The notes under the pieces: model-generated
Seen by the model: only the letters and a program-made list of their open reading frames with translations
Told to the model about the DNA's origin: nothing
Database searches by the model: none
Program-made: the position numbers and the translations under genes
In this document: positions 43,696 to 51,776 of the stretch, one piece after another
Layout: every line of letters begins with the position of its first letter
Numbering within the stretch: the first letter of the stretch is position 1
Source of the DNA: Candidatus Latescibacterota bacterium
GTDB lineage: Bacteria > Latescibacterota > UBA2968 > UBA8231
Length of the DNA: 64,000 bases
Direction of reading: 5' to 3'
Assembly (NCBI GenBank): GCA_965248355.1
Contig: OZ252098.1
Coordinates: 1,854,423 to 1,918,422, forward strand

Positions 43696-44703
43696 ATGAC
43701 GGATACGCCCCTTGGCTGGGGCCTCATCGGCTGCGGCGGCGCCGGCCGCGGCCACGCCCGCGGCGCGGCGGAGGACCCCGACGTGGCCGTGCGCGCCTTC
43801 TGCGACGTCGCTCCACAGGCCGCCCAAAGACTCGCCGCAGAGCACGAGGGCGCCGTGCACACCACCGACCCGGAGCGGCTGTTCTCCGACCCCGGCATCG
43901 ACATCCTGTCCATCGCCACGGCCCACGATTCCCACGCCGACCTGGCCGTGGCCGCCTTCGAGGCCGGCAAGCACCTCTACCTCGAGAAGCCCATGGCCAT
44001 GACGGTGGCCGACTGTCTGCGCATCGAGGCGGCGCGCAAGGCCGCGGACCGCCGCCTGATGCTGAATTTCTCCATCCGCTTCTCCGGCGCCGCCCGCGCC
44101 GTGCGCCAGCGCCTCGGCCGCCCCCTGGTCAGCCACGGCCAGTGCACCCAGGCTCCCGCCGACCTGACGCGCTGGCGCTGGCACCCGGAGATCGGCGGCG
44201 GCCCCCTCTACGACGTGGGCGTGCACGCCCTCGACCTGCTGTGCTGGCTCCACGACGACGAGCCCGTGGAGGTCTTCGCTACCGGCGGCCAGGTCACCCA
44301 CCCCGGCGAGCTCGGCAGCCCGGACCTGGTCGACACGGCGGCCGCCACCCTGCGCTTCGCCAACGGCTCGGTGGCCACCTTCCTCATGACCGACGCCGGA
44401 CGCAACGAGCTGCTGTCGAAGTGGTTCTTCGAGTTCTTCGACGGCTCCGGCACCGCCGTCCTCCACGAGCACTTCCGGACCGCCACCTTCACCGCCCCCG
44501 ACCCCGATTCGGGCGATCTCGTCACCGAGCGGGTCAGCCCCGGGGCCGCGCCGCGCATCGGGGACCTGGTGGCCGCCATCCGCGCCGGCGTCGATCCGGC
44601 CATCGGGGCCCGGGAAGGCATCCGCTCGACCCTGCTCGTGGAGCTCATCATCGAATCGATCCGCAGCGGCCGGCCTCAGAAGGTGGAGATGCCCGCCTTC
44701 TGA
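43696..44703 (+). CDS. Gfo/Idh/MocA-family oxidoreductase
   Basis: MTDTPLGWGLIGCGGAGRGHARG...GKHLYLEKPMAMT. It is divergent from the 42632-43648 paralogue. Confidence 0.85.
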   Translation: MTDTPLGWGLIGCGGAGRGHARGAAEDPDVAVRAFCDVAPQAAQRLAAEHEGAVHTTDPERLFSDPGIDILSIATAHDSHADLAVAAFEAGKHLYLEKPMAMTVADCLRIEAARKAADRRLMLNFSIRFSGAARAVRQRLGRPLVSHGQCTQAPADLTRWRWHPEIGGGPLYDVGVHALDLLCWLHDDEPVEVFATGGQVTHPGELGSPDLVDTAAATLRFANGSVATFLMTDAGRNELLSKWFFEFFDGSGTAVLHEHFRTATFTAPDPDSGDLVTERVSPGAAPRIGDLVAAIRAGVDPAIGAREGIRSTLLVELIIESIRSGRPQKVEMPAF

Positions 44704-44706
44704 GCG

Positions 44707-45398
44707 GTGGCAAACCTAATGAACGAGCCTCGCCGCATCAGCCGCATCATCGAGCACTGGACGCTGCCCGATTCCTGGAGAGGTTCGTGCGCGAAGGGGG
44801 GCGCCTGGTCTTCACCGGCGGCAGCGGGGGCCTCGATCTCGAGGGGTCGCCGCAGGCGCCGCCCCTGTTCCCGGCCTGGCGGGTCGAGCCGGCGGAGGGG
44901 TCGATCGCAGGGATCGCCGGCGGCGAGGGCGGGGGCGCCATGCACATTCCCGCCGGCCCCTGGAAACCCGAGAAGATGCCGGTCCGGGGCATCCAGCAGG
45001 AGATGCCCGTCTATCCGATGCTCGCCGACGATCCCTTCGGCCAGCGGTTCCTGCAGGAGCTGCAGCGGTTCGTGGGGCGGGCCCGGGTCGTCACCGACGC
45101 CCCCTGGTTCGTGCGGGTCCGCGCCTGGCGCCCGCATGACGTGGACGCCCTCGTCGTGCACTGGATCAACTACCGGCAGGACGAGGAGTCGGCCGTCGAG
45201 ACCCCCATCCCCGTGGGGCCCCTGCAGGCCGAGTGCGCGGTGCCGGAAGGGTATCTGGTGGAGCGGGTGGAGTGGCGCTATCCCGAGATGCGGGAGCCCC
45301 GGGTCCTCGAGCACGAGACGAGAGGGTCGAGCATCCGCTTCACCATCCCCCGCCTCGTGGTCCACGGCATGAGCGTGCTGCGTCTGCGCAGGGAGTGA
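44707..45398 (+). CDS. hypothetical protein; reading frame ambiguous near 44770 (possible frameshift)
   Basis: ATG 44707 gives MANLMNEPRRISRIIEHWTLPDS, then an Arg/Ser-rich junk frame. The adjacent frame reads ...LDAARFLERFVREGGRLVFTGGSGGLDLEG...WINYRQDEESAVETPIPVGPLQAECAVPEGYLVERVEWRYPEMREPRVLEHETRGSSIRFTIPRLVVHGMSVLRLRRE*, which is protein-like to its stop at 45398. Confidence 0.3.
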
Positions 45399-45442
45399 CC
45401 GGAGCCGGGGTGCGCCGCTTTCGAGGGGCTCCGGCCCCGCCG

Positions 45443-46342
45443 TCAGCGCCCGGCGCCGCCTTCCGCGTGGCCGCGGTCGGATCGACGCGGCATCCCCAGG
45501 GTCCGGTGCCTCTGCTTCCAGTTCCAGCGGTGGCTGCCCGACAGCAGGGGCCGGTGCTCCTCGGGCGCGGCGGCGACGAACCCGGGGCTCGGCTCCTGGC
45601 CGTTCCAGGCCTGGAACATGGTCGGCGTGTACCCGCCGATGACGATGACGCGCTCGCGGTCGGACCGGATGTGCCCCGTGGCGTGGATCAGGGCCTCGCC
45701 GAAGAGCATGGTCGAGCCCGCCGGCGCCACCACCTGGCGGATCAGCGACGGGTCCTCTACGGCGCAAGCGATGATCTCCTCGCGCGGCGCCTTGATCTTG
45801 TGGCTGCCGGCGATGCAGACCGTGCCGCCGTCGTCGGGTCCGAGTTCGGTGAGGTTGGTCAGGGTCTTGACGAAGGTGCAGTGGAACAGCCCGTTCTCGG
45901 TGTAGGTCCCCAGGTCGGGGCGGGTGCCGGTGTGGAAGCCGTAGCGGTCGCCTGGCCCCGGCGGATCGTCCGGGTCGCGCTCGTTGATGACCGCTTCCGA
46001 CTCCTCGAGCCGCACCTCGCCGCCCACCAGCTCCTCGGCCATGCCCACCAGCCGCGGGTGGGTCAGGTAGTCGTAGATCGCCGGGTCCGCCTCCAGGATA
46101 TGGGCGAAGTGCCGGTGGTGGGGGCGGTTGGCGCCCAGCCGGCAGCCGCGCACCACGGCGCCCTCGCCCGCCGCCACCAGGTCGGCCTTGAGCCGCTGCA
46201 TGGCCGCCAGCAGGCGGCCGGTCTCCTCCGCGGCGAGGGTGCCCGGCACGACGACGTAGCCGAAGACGTCCAGGTGGTACCGCTGGGCGGGTGTCAGGGC
46301 GGGGAAGGGGCGTTCGAACCCGCTGCCATTGCTGTCGCTCAT
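45443..46342 (-). CDS. phytanoyl-CoA dioxygenase (PhyH)-family Fe(II)/2OG oxygenase
   Basis: MSDSNGSGFERPFPALTPAQRYHLDVFGYVVVPG...HTGTRPD...IAGSHK... carries the HxD...H facial-triad pattern of PhyH. Confidence 0.75.
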   Translation of the reverse strand: MSDSNGSGFERPFPALTPAQRYHLDVFGYVVVPGTLAAEETGRLLAAMQRLKADLVAAGEGAVVRGCRLGANRPHHRHFAHILEADPAIYDYLTHPRLVGMAEELVGGEVRLEESEAVINERDPDDPPGPGDRYGFHTGTRPDLGTYTENGLFHCTFVKTLTNLTELGPDDGGTVCIAGSHKIKAPREEIIACAVEDPSLIRQVVAPAGSTMLFGEALIHATGHIRSDRERVIVIGGYTPTMFQAWNGQEPSPGFVAAAPEEHRPLLSGSHRWNWKQRHRTLGMPRRSDRGHAEGGAGR

Positions 46343-46465
46343 GCCTTGCCTCCTGGGTTGCGGGATCGGCCCAAGATACCGCCGGCGCCGGCCCCGGAAA
46401 ACCTCCCGCGGGTGCCGGTCCCGGTCCGTTGACCGGGGCCGCAACGGCTGTCGAACTTAGCCGCC

Positions 46466-47686
46466 ATGCAGACGATCACGGTATCGCGCAACGACGAGAT
46501 CTACGAGGCCTTCGCCGACGTGGCCCAGGCCGCCGACGGCACCCTGGTCTGCACCTACCGCGAGAGCATGGGTCACAGCTCTCGCCCCTTCTCCCGCGTC
46601 ATCGTGCGCCGCAGCTTCGACCGCGGCCTGACCTGGGGGCCGCGCCAGGTGGTGATCGAGCGGACCGAGGAGGAGACGGCCCGGGGGCTGGGCCGGCTCA
46701 ACTGCTCCCGCATCGCCGCCTGCGGGGACGGCACCCTGCTGCTCATCGTCGACCTGCTGCTGAGGGAGACCTTCGAGGAGTACCTGGAGCCGCGCCCGTG
46801 CATGAACCTGCTGCTGCGCAGCCGCGATGACGGGGCCACCTGGGAAGGGCCGGAGGAGACCGGCCTCACCGAGGGCATCGTCCCCTCCATCAAGGAGCTG
46901 TCCAACGGCGACCTGGTCGTCGGCCTCGCCGAGCAGTGGCCGGGTCCGAAGGGCGTGGAGGACTACGTCGAGGTGCAGACCACCTACCGGTCCACCGACC
47001 GGGGCCGCACCTGGGAAGGGCCGTTCAAGGTGCCCGACCCCGAAGGATCCCCTTGCACCGGGCGGCCCTGGCGCCTCAACGAGGGGGACTACGCCGAGAT
47101 GGACGACGGCACCCTGGTGATCTACATGCGCGAGGACGGCGAGGGTCTGAGCGGCTGGAAGAGCTTCTCCCGCGACGGCGGCCGCACCTGGTCGGCGCCG
47201 GTGCGCACCCGGATGCTGCGCTGCCTGGGCCGGCCCTCGGTGGGCCGCCTGCGGTCGGGGGAGGTGGCCGTCACCTACCGGGTCTCCTGCGGCCTGTCCA
47301 CCTCCCTGGGCCTCTACGTGGAGACCGCGGCCCAGGCCCTGCGCGGCGCCCCGGAGCAGTACCAGGGCGAGACCGAGATCCGCTTCGCCTTTCTGGACAA
47401 CGACCGCGCCCTGTCGGCCGACAGCGGCTACTCGGGCTGGGTGCAACGGCCCGACGGCTCCCTCTACGTGGTCAACTACGTCACCGACGACGCGCCCCGG
47501 GCCCACATCCGCGGCTACGTCGTCAACCGCGAGGACTGGTACCTCTTCCCCGAGGGGGCGATCCGCGCCAACCACCCCCTGTCGGCGAATCCCGGCTACT
47601 GCGAGAAGGGCCAGCAGATGGCCCGCGGCCAGCAGAGCTGGGCGGACGGCCAGGACTGGTCCCGCCGGGTGCCCACGCAGAAGTAG
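46466..47686 (+). CDS. sialidase/BNR-repeat glycoside hydrolase-like protein
   Basis: Several S-x-D-x-G-x-T-W blocks (SFDRGLTWG, SRDDGATWEG, STDRGRTWEG, SRDGGRTWSA) mark the BNR repeats of GH33-like propellers. Confidence 0.8.
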   Translation: MQTITVSRNDEIYEAFADVAQAADGTLVCTYRESMGHSSRPFSRVIVRRSFDRGLTWGPRQVVIERTEEETARGLGRLNCSRIAACGDGTLLLIVDLLLRETFEEYLEPRPCMNLLLRSRDDGATWEGPEETGLTEGIVPSIKELSNGDLVVGLAEQWPGPKGVEDYVEVQTTYRSTDRGRTWEGPFKVPDPEGSPCTGRPWRLNEGDYAEMDDGTLVIYMREDGEGLSGWKSFSRDGGRTWSAPVRTRMLRCLGRPSVGRLRSGEVAVTYRVSCGLSTSLGLYVETAAQALRGAPEQYQGETEIRFAFLDNDRALSADSGYSGWVQRPDGSLYVVNYVTDDAPRAHIRGYVVNREDWYLFPEGAIRANHPLSANPGYCEKGQQMARGQQSWADGQDWSRRVPTQK

Positions 47687-47850
47687 GGTTGCCCACCGCC
47701 CGAGGGTGATCGGCAGGCGCCGGTCGGGGCCTCGGTGAGCGCCGGGTTGGCGTCGAGGCACAGGCGCAGGGCGTCGAGATCCCGGTCGCGGACGGCGGCG
47801 AAGAAGCCGACCAGCTCGGCGTGGGAGAACGCCCCATTCGCGTCGTTCAC
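47596..47850 (-). pseudogene. ankyrin-repeat-like N-terminal fragment ORF (84 aa) overlapping the convergent sialidase 3' end
   Basis: SD AAGGAGG sits 4-5 nt before GTG 47850, which overlaps the ankyrin-gene stop (GTGA). The first ~40 aa, VNDANGAFSHAELVGFFAAVRDRDLDALRLCLDANPALTEA, read as an ankyrin N-cap. The remainder is low-complexity and overlaps 46466-47686 by ~90 bp. Confidence 0.3.
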
Positions 47851-48968
47851 GACGCCTCCTTCAGGAACTTGCACCCGAACCGGGCCAGCTGGACGGCGGT
47901 CTTGCCCGCGGGCGTCTCGATCGAAGTGTCCGCTCCGAGCACGATCAGGATCTCCGCCGCTTCGACCTCGCCGGTGTAGGTCGACCTGTGCAACGGCGTG
48001 CGCCCCTTCGAGTCGGGCTGGTTCAGGTCGGCGCCGCGGGCGGCCAGCAACCAGATCATCTCCGTGAGTCCCCACTCCGCGGCCAGGTGCAGCGGCGTGC
48101 GATCGGTCTCCGTGACGGCATCGACCTCGGCTCCATTCGCCAGCAACCAGGTTGCGCAGCGCGCGGCATCGCCTCGCACCGCCCAGTGCAGCGGCGTCAT
48201 GCCGGCCTCGTGGCGGGCCGTGACCGCGTCCGCATCGCTCTCCACCAGTTCCCTCACACGGGCCAGGTCGTCCCGGCCGCAGGCCGAGTAGATGTCGTGG
48301 TACGCGCCACGCTCGAGGAGGAACTCGGCGAACTGCATCCGCTCGCTCCACAGCTTCGGATTGTGCCAGGGCGCAAAGGCGCCATCGAAGGGCGGCGCCA
48401 CCGCGTCCTGCAGCACCGTCCGGCCCCGTTCGCCGTTGCCGGTGACCTCGGCTTCCAAGTCGCCCCCGTACTCGAGGACGAACTCCGCCACCTCCCGTGG
48501 CTTGTGGATGCACCCGTACAACAAAGTCGCGTGGCCGGGGATTCCCCTGGGCTTGGCGTTGACCACATTCGCGTTGGAGACCCCCGCGTCGAATAGCGTC
48601 CGCAGGGACTGCTGGTTGCCCTTGGCGAAGGCCCGGAAGATCGGGTGGTACTCGTGCCCGCGGTCCATCCCCGTCTGGCAGTCGTACAGCTCATCGACGC
48701 CCTGCTCCAGAAGGAACCGCACCGCGTCGAGGGTCCCGTGGTAGACGGCGGCCGGCACGAGAGCCAGCGATCCGACCGTGCCGACGAGGGAAGAGTCCTC
48801 CTTCAGCAGGGCCTTCATCCGGGGCACATCGCACTCGGCGTGGCTGTCGTCGGTCGCGCCGTGAGCGGCGGCCGTGACGAACTCTCTCTCACGGCGGGTC
48901 AGCTTCCGGCCCTCTCGCCGCTCGAAGGCGGCCTCCACCCGAATCCTCACTCTCTCCGCAGGGTCCAT
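47847..48968 (-). CDS. ankyrin-repeat protein (373 aa)
   Basis: Repeated ...GMTPLHWAVRGDAARCATWLLANGAEVDAVTETDRTPLHLAAEWGLTEMIWLLAARGADLNQPDSKGRTPLHRS... is canonical ANK consensus. Confidence 0.8.
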   Translation of the reverse strand: MDPAERVRIRVEAAFERREGRKLTRREREFVTAAAHGATDDSHAECDVPRMKALLKEDSSLVGTVGSLALVPAAVYHGTLDAVRFLLEQGVDELYDCQTGMDRGHEYHPIFRAFAKGNQQSLRTLFDAGVSNANVVNAKPRGIPGHATLLYGCIHKPREVAEFVLEYGGDLEAEVTGNGERGRTVLQDAVAPPFDGAFAPWHNPKLWSERMQFAEFLLERGAYHDIYSACGRDDLARVRELVESDADAVTARHEAGMTPLHWAVRGDAARCATWLLANGAEVDAVTETDRTPLHLAAEWGLTEMIWLLAARGADLNQPDSKGRTPLHRSTYTGEVEAAEILIVLGADTSIETPAGKTAVQLARFGCKFLKEAS

Positions 48969-48973
48969 TTCGG

Positions 48974-50350
48974 TCAGCGAAACAGGAGTGCGCCGAAGTC
49001 GTCCGGGTTGTGGGCGCTGATGCCGAAGGTGCGGACCCACTGCGCGTATTCGCGCCCGCGGAAGGTCCGGGAGAAGTTGAAGCCCCAGACCGTCCCGGGC
49101 TTCGGCCGTTGCAGCTGCGGCTGGCCGAACTCCAGCCGGTACTCCAGCGACCAGAGATCGTCCCCGACGTGGGCGGCGGCCTCGCCGTCGGCATCCCAGG
49201 CCCGTTCCTCGTCGGTGATCCGCCGCTCACCCCTGGACAGGAATCTGTCCGATACGACCCCCATCGTGTTGACCCCGGCGTGCACGTAGTCCCGTCGATC
49301 GAGGTCCGCATCGATGAAGAGCTCCACCATGTCGTCCCACCAGATCTCCCCGTCGCGACCGTGATCCCCGACGACGAGGCTGTCGGGGTGATCGTCGAAC
49401 CCCCGGAAGCCGATGAACAGGGCCTCGGATGTGTAGCCCGCGAGGAGCTGGGTCCGGAGATCGGAAGCCATGGCGGCGTTGTGCCTGTTGCTGAACTGGT
49501 AGAAGGTGTCGGCCCGCGCCGCCGTGGCCCACAGGGGCTCATCGAGCCGGCCGTCGATCCGCGGCGCCGATCGAAACCGGGGAACGTCCAGAAGCATGCC
49601 GTGCTGCCGCAGGCGCTCCAGACCTTCGTCGACGCGGCCGTTGTCGTAGAGGTGCCGGCCCAGCCGGTAGTTGGCTCGCCGGCTGCCGGGCCAGGCGGCG
49701 ACGGCCTGACGGTACAGGTCCACCGCCAGAGCCAGGTCGGCCTGCAGTTCGGCCTTGCGGGCGGCTTCCAGCAACTCGTCCACGGTGCCGGAGAGTTGGA
49801 TCCGCGCCTCCAGGCGGGTGCCGTCGTGGCTGGAGCTCGCGAGCGGCAGCGCCAACGCCCGGGCGCGCCTGCGCAGGTCCTCGTCCAGTCCGTCGAGTTG
49901 GTTCAGGGCCTGGAGGAGCTCATAGCGAACCTCGGCCTGGCTCTCCGTCTCCAGGGCCTGCACGAGAGCGCCGGCGGCCTCGGCGCGCCCCTGCAGGCCC
50001 AGACCCCGGGCGATGCGAGCGCGGACCTCGGCGTCGGCGTCGGTGAGCATGTGGTGCTCCAGACGGAGACGGATGCGTTCGTCCTCGACTCGCGTCAGCA
50101 GGCTCAGCAGGACATCGACCAGGTACGGCCGGGCCGCGGCCCGGGCGGGATCCTCGAGGGCGGCCAGCAGGGGCGTCACGGAGCGGTCGGTGGCCAGCAG
50201 CAGCTCCTGGCGGGCCGATTCCCGCTGCTCGGGGTCTTCGAGCTGCTCCACCAGGCCGTCGAGACTCGGCCCGCATGCCGTCAGACTCAGAGCCTGCAGG
50301 AAGGCCAGGGCTCGCGTGCGTCTTTGAGCGCCGGAGGGTTGGTGTCTCAT
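48974..50350 (-). CDS. lipoprotein with HEAT/TPR-like helical repeats and C-terminal CBM9/DOMON-like domain (458 aa)
   Basis: Lipobox LSLTAC is in MRHQPSGAQRRTRALAFLQALSLTACGP. Helical repeats span ...LLAALEDPARAAARPYLVDVLLSL...VRARIARGLG... The C-terminus ...GRLDEPLWATAARADTFYQFSN...ALFIGFRGFDD...WSLEYRLEF...GFNFSRT is CBM9-like. Confidence 0.7.
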   Translation of the reverse strand: MRHQPSGAQRRTRALAFLQALSLTACGPSLDGLVEQLEDPEQRESARQELLLATDRSVTPLLAALEDPARAAARPYLVDVLLSLLTRVEDERIRLRLEHHMLTDADAEVRARIARGLGLQGRAEAAGALVQALETESQAEVRYELLQALNQLDGLDEDLRRRARALALPLASSSHDGTRLEARIQLSGTVDELLEAARKAELQADLALAVDLYRQAVAAWPGSRRANYRLGRHLYDNGRVDEGLERLRQHGMLLDVPRFRSAPRIDGRLDEPLWATAARADTFYQFSNRHNAAMASDLRTQLLAGYTSEALFIGFRGFDDHPDSLVVGDHGRDGEIWWDDMVELFIDADLDRRDYVHAGVNTMGVVSDRFLSRGERRITDEERAWDADGEAAAHVGDDLWSLEYRLEFGQPQLQRPKPGTVWGFNFSRTFRGREYAQWVRTFGISAHNPDDFGALLFR

Positions 50351-50606
50351 GGGACGGACATTTCTACAGATCCCGGTGACTCTCCTGCACGCGCTCATCG
50401 CCATCGCACGGCGTTGCGCGCCTCGTCGAAGGCTGCCGCGAGACGCCAGTTGGTCTGAGAACCCGCCCGGCGCCCGACCTCGCCGCGCGCTGCCGCCAGG
50501 TCCACGGAGGCCGTCACGAGGTCGTCGGCCTCTTGAACCGGGCTCCTCGACGGCGCACAATACGACATCCGCGGCCCCGATGCCCCCCCCACCAGGAGCG
50601 GCCCCC

Positions 50607-51686
50607 ATGAGCAACCCCTCTCCCGAGCTGCACCAGGTCGACCCCCTCACCGAGGAACAGATCGCGCGGTTCAAACGCGACGGCATGCTCGTGCTCCCCG
50701 GCGTGCTCGACGCGGACCTGTGCCGCCGGGCGCGGGACCAGATGTGGGAGATCATCGACGAGCACCGCCCCGCGATGCGCCGCGGCGATCCGGCCACCTG
50801 GGTCCCCTTCTCCGAGGACGAGAAGGCCAGCTACCCGCGCGCCGACACCGGGGGCGATCCGTACTTCTCCGGCAGCCGGCACCGGTACTTCATCCGCAAC
50901 GGTGTCGAGGAGCTGCTGCTGAACCTGGCGCCCCGCGCCCTGTGGCGCGTCGCCGAGCAGCTGCTGGGCGAGGGCGAGGTGGTGTGGCCGGCCGGCGCCG
51001 ATGACGACGGCGTCACCACGGGCCCGTGCCTGCTGACAGAGAGGACCGTCAAGGGCTTCGAGCCCCACCTGGGCGGCGAGCCCGAGAGGTGGATCGGCCC
51101 GGTCACGGGCCGGACCGAGCAGGTGCGCCTGCCGAAGACCGGACCGACGTGGATGACGGGTCAGGGAACGCGCGGCCTGTACTGCACCCTGCCGAACAGC
51201 CCGCCGCCCGCCCCGCACTACCGCGGCGCCCACGCCGAGGCCCTCTACGACACGCGCTGGCGGATCCAGATCGCCGCCTACATCGACGACCTGCCGGAGA
51301 AAGCCGGCGGCCTGACCCTGTTCCCGGGCAGCCACCGGCGCATCTGGGACCACCGGGAAGCCCTGCACCGGGACACGCCGCCGCCCGCCGTGCCGGAGGG
51401 GTCGCCGGAGTGGAACGGGTACACCGCCCCCCCGCTTCCGGAGATCAAGGCCGACACCGAGCCGGTGGAGACGACCGGGCCCTCGGGCTCGGTCGTGCTC
51501 TGGCACGCGAACCTGCTCCACATGGCCGGTCAGAACCAGCGCGGCGACGTGATCCGCCAGGCCACGATCTACGCTTTCGCCAAGACGACCGGGTCGGTTC
51601 CGGACGAGGTGGTCAAGCGCGACCCCAGCGGCGATCTGTGGCGGGACTGGTCGGAGGCGGTGCGCTCGATCGCGGCGGCGGCCTAG
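50607..51686 (+). CDS. phytanoyl-CoA dioxygenase (PhyH)-family oxygenase
   Basis: SD AGGAG sits before ATG 50607. MSNPSPELHQVDPLTEEQIARFKRDGMLVLPGVLDADLCRRARDQMWEII...LFPGSHR...VLWHANLLHMAGQN fits PhyH. Confidence 0.8.
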   Translation: MSNPSPELHQVDPLTEEQIARFKRDGMLVLPGVLDADLCRRARDQMWEIIDEHRPAMRRGDPATWVPFSEDEKASYPRADTGGDPYFSGSRHRYFIRNGVEELLLNLAPRALWRVAEQLLGEGEVVWPAGADDDGVTTGPCLLTERTVKGFEPHLGGEPERWIGPVTGRTEQVRLPKTGPTWMTGQGTRGLYCTLPNSPPPAPHYRGAHAEALYDTRWRIQIAAYIDDLPEKAGGLTLFPGSHRRIWDHREALHRDTPPPAVPEGSPEWNGYTAPPLPEIKADTEPVETTGPSGSVVLWHANLLHMAGQNQRGDVIRQATIYAFAKTTGSVPDEVVKRDPSGDLWRDWSEAVRSIAAAA

Positions 51687-51776
51687 AGCGGAAGCACGCC
51701 GCCCGGCGGCAGCACTGCATCGGCGTCCTGCCATCGGCTGCCTCGAGGGGGCGGCCCATTGGAGCGCCGCCTTCGA

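Noticed and set aside
46343-46465. Sigma70-type promoter between the divergent PhyH and sialidase genes (TTGACC at about 46429)
   Set aside because: There is no acceptable -10 hexamer at the right spacing, and promoter calls by eye are unreliable in this GC range.
50581-50590. C8 homopolymer upstream of the PhyH start as a phase-variation tract
   Set aside because: It is short, lies upstream of the RBS, and there is no evidence of length heterogeneity. It is probably incidental in a GC-rich genome.
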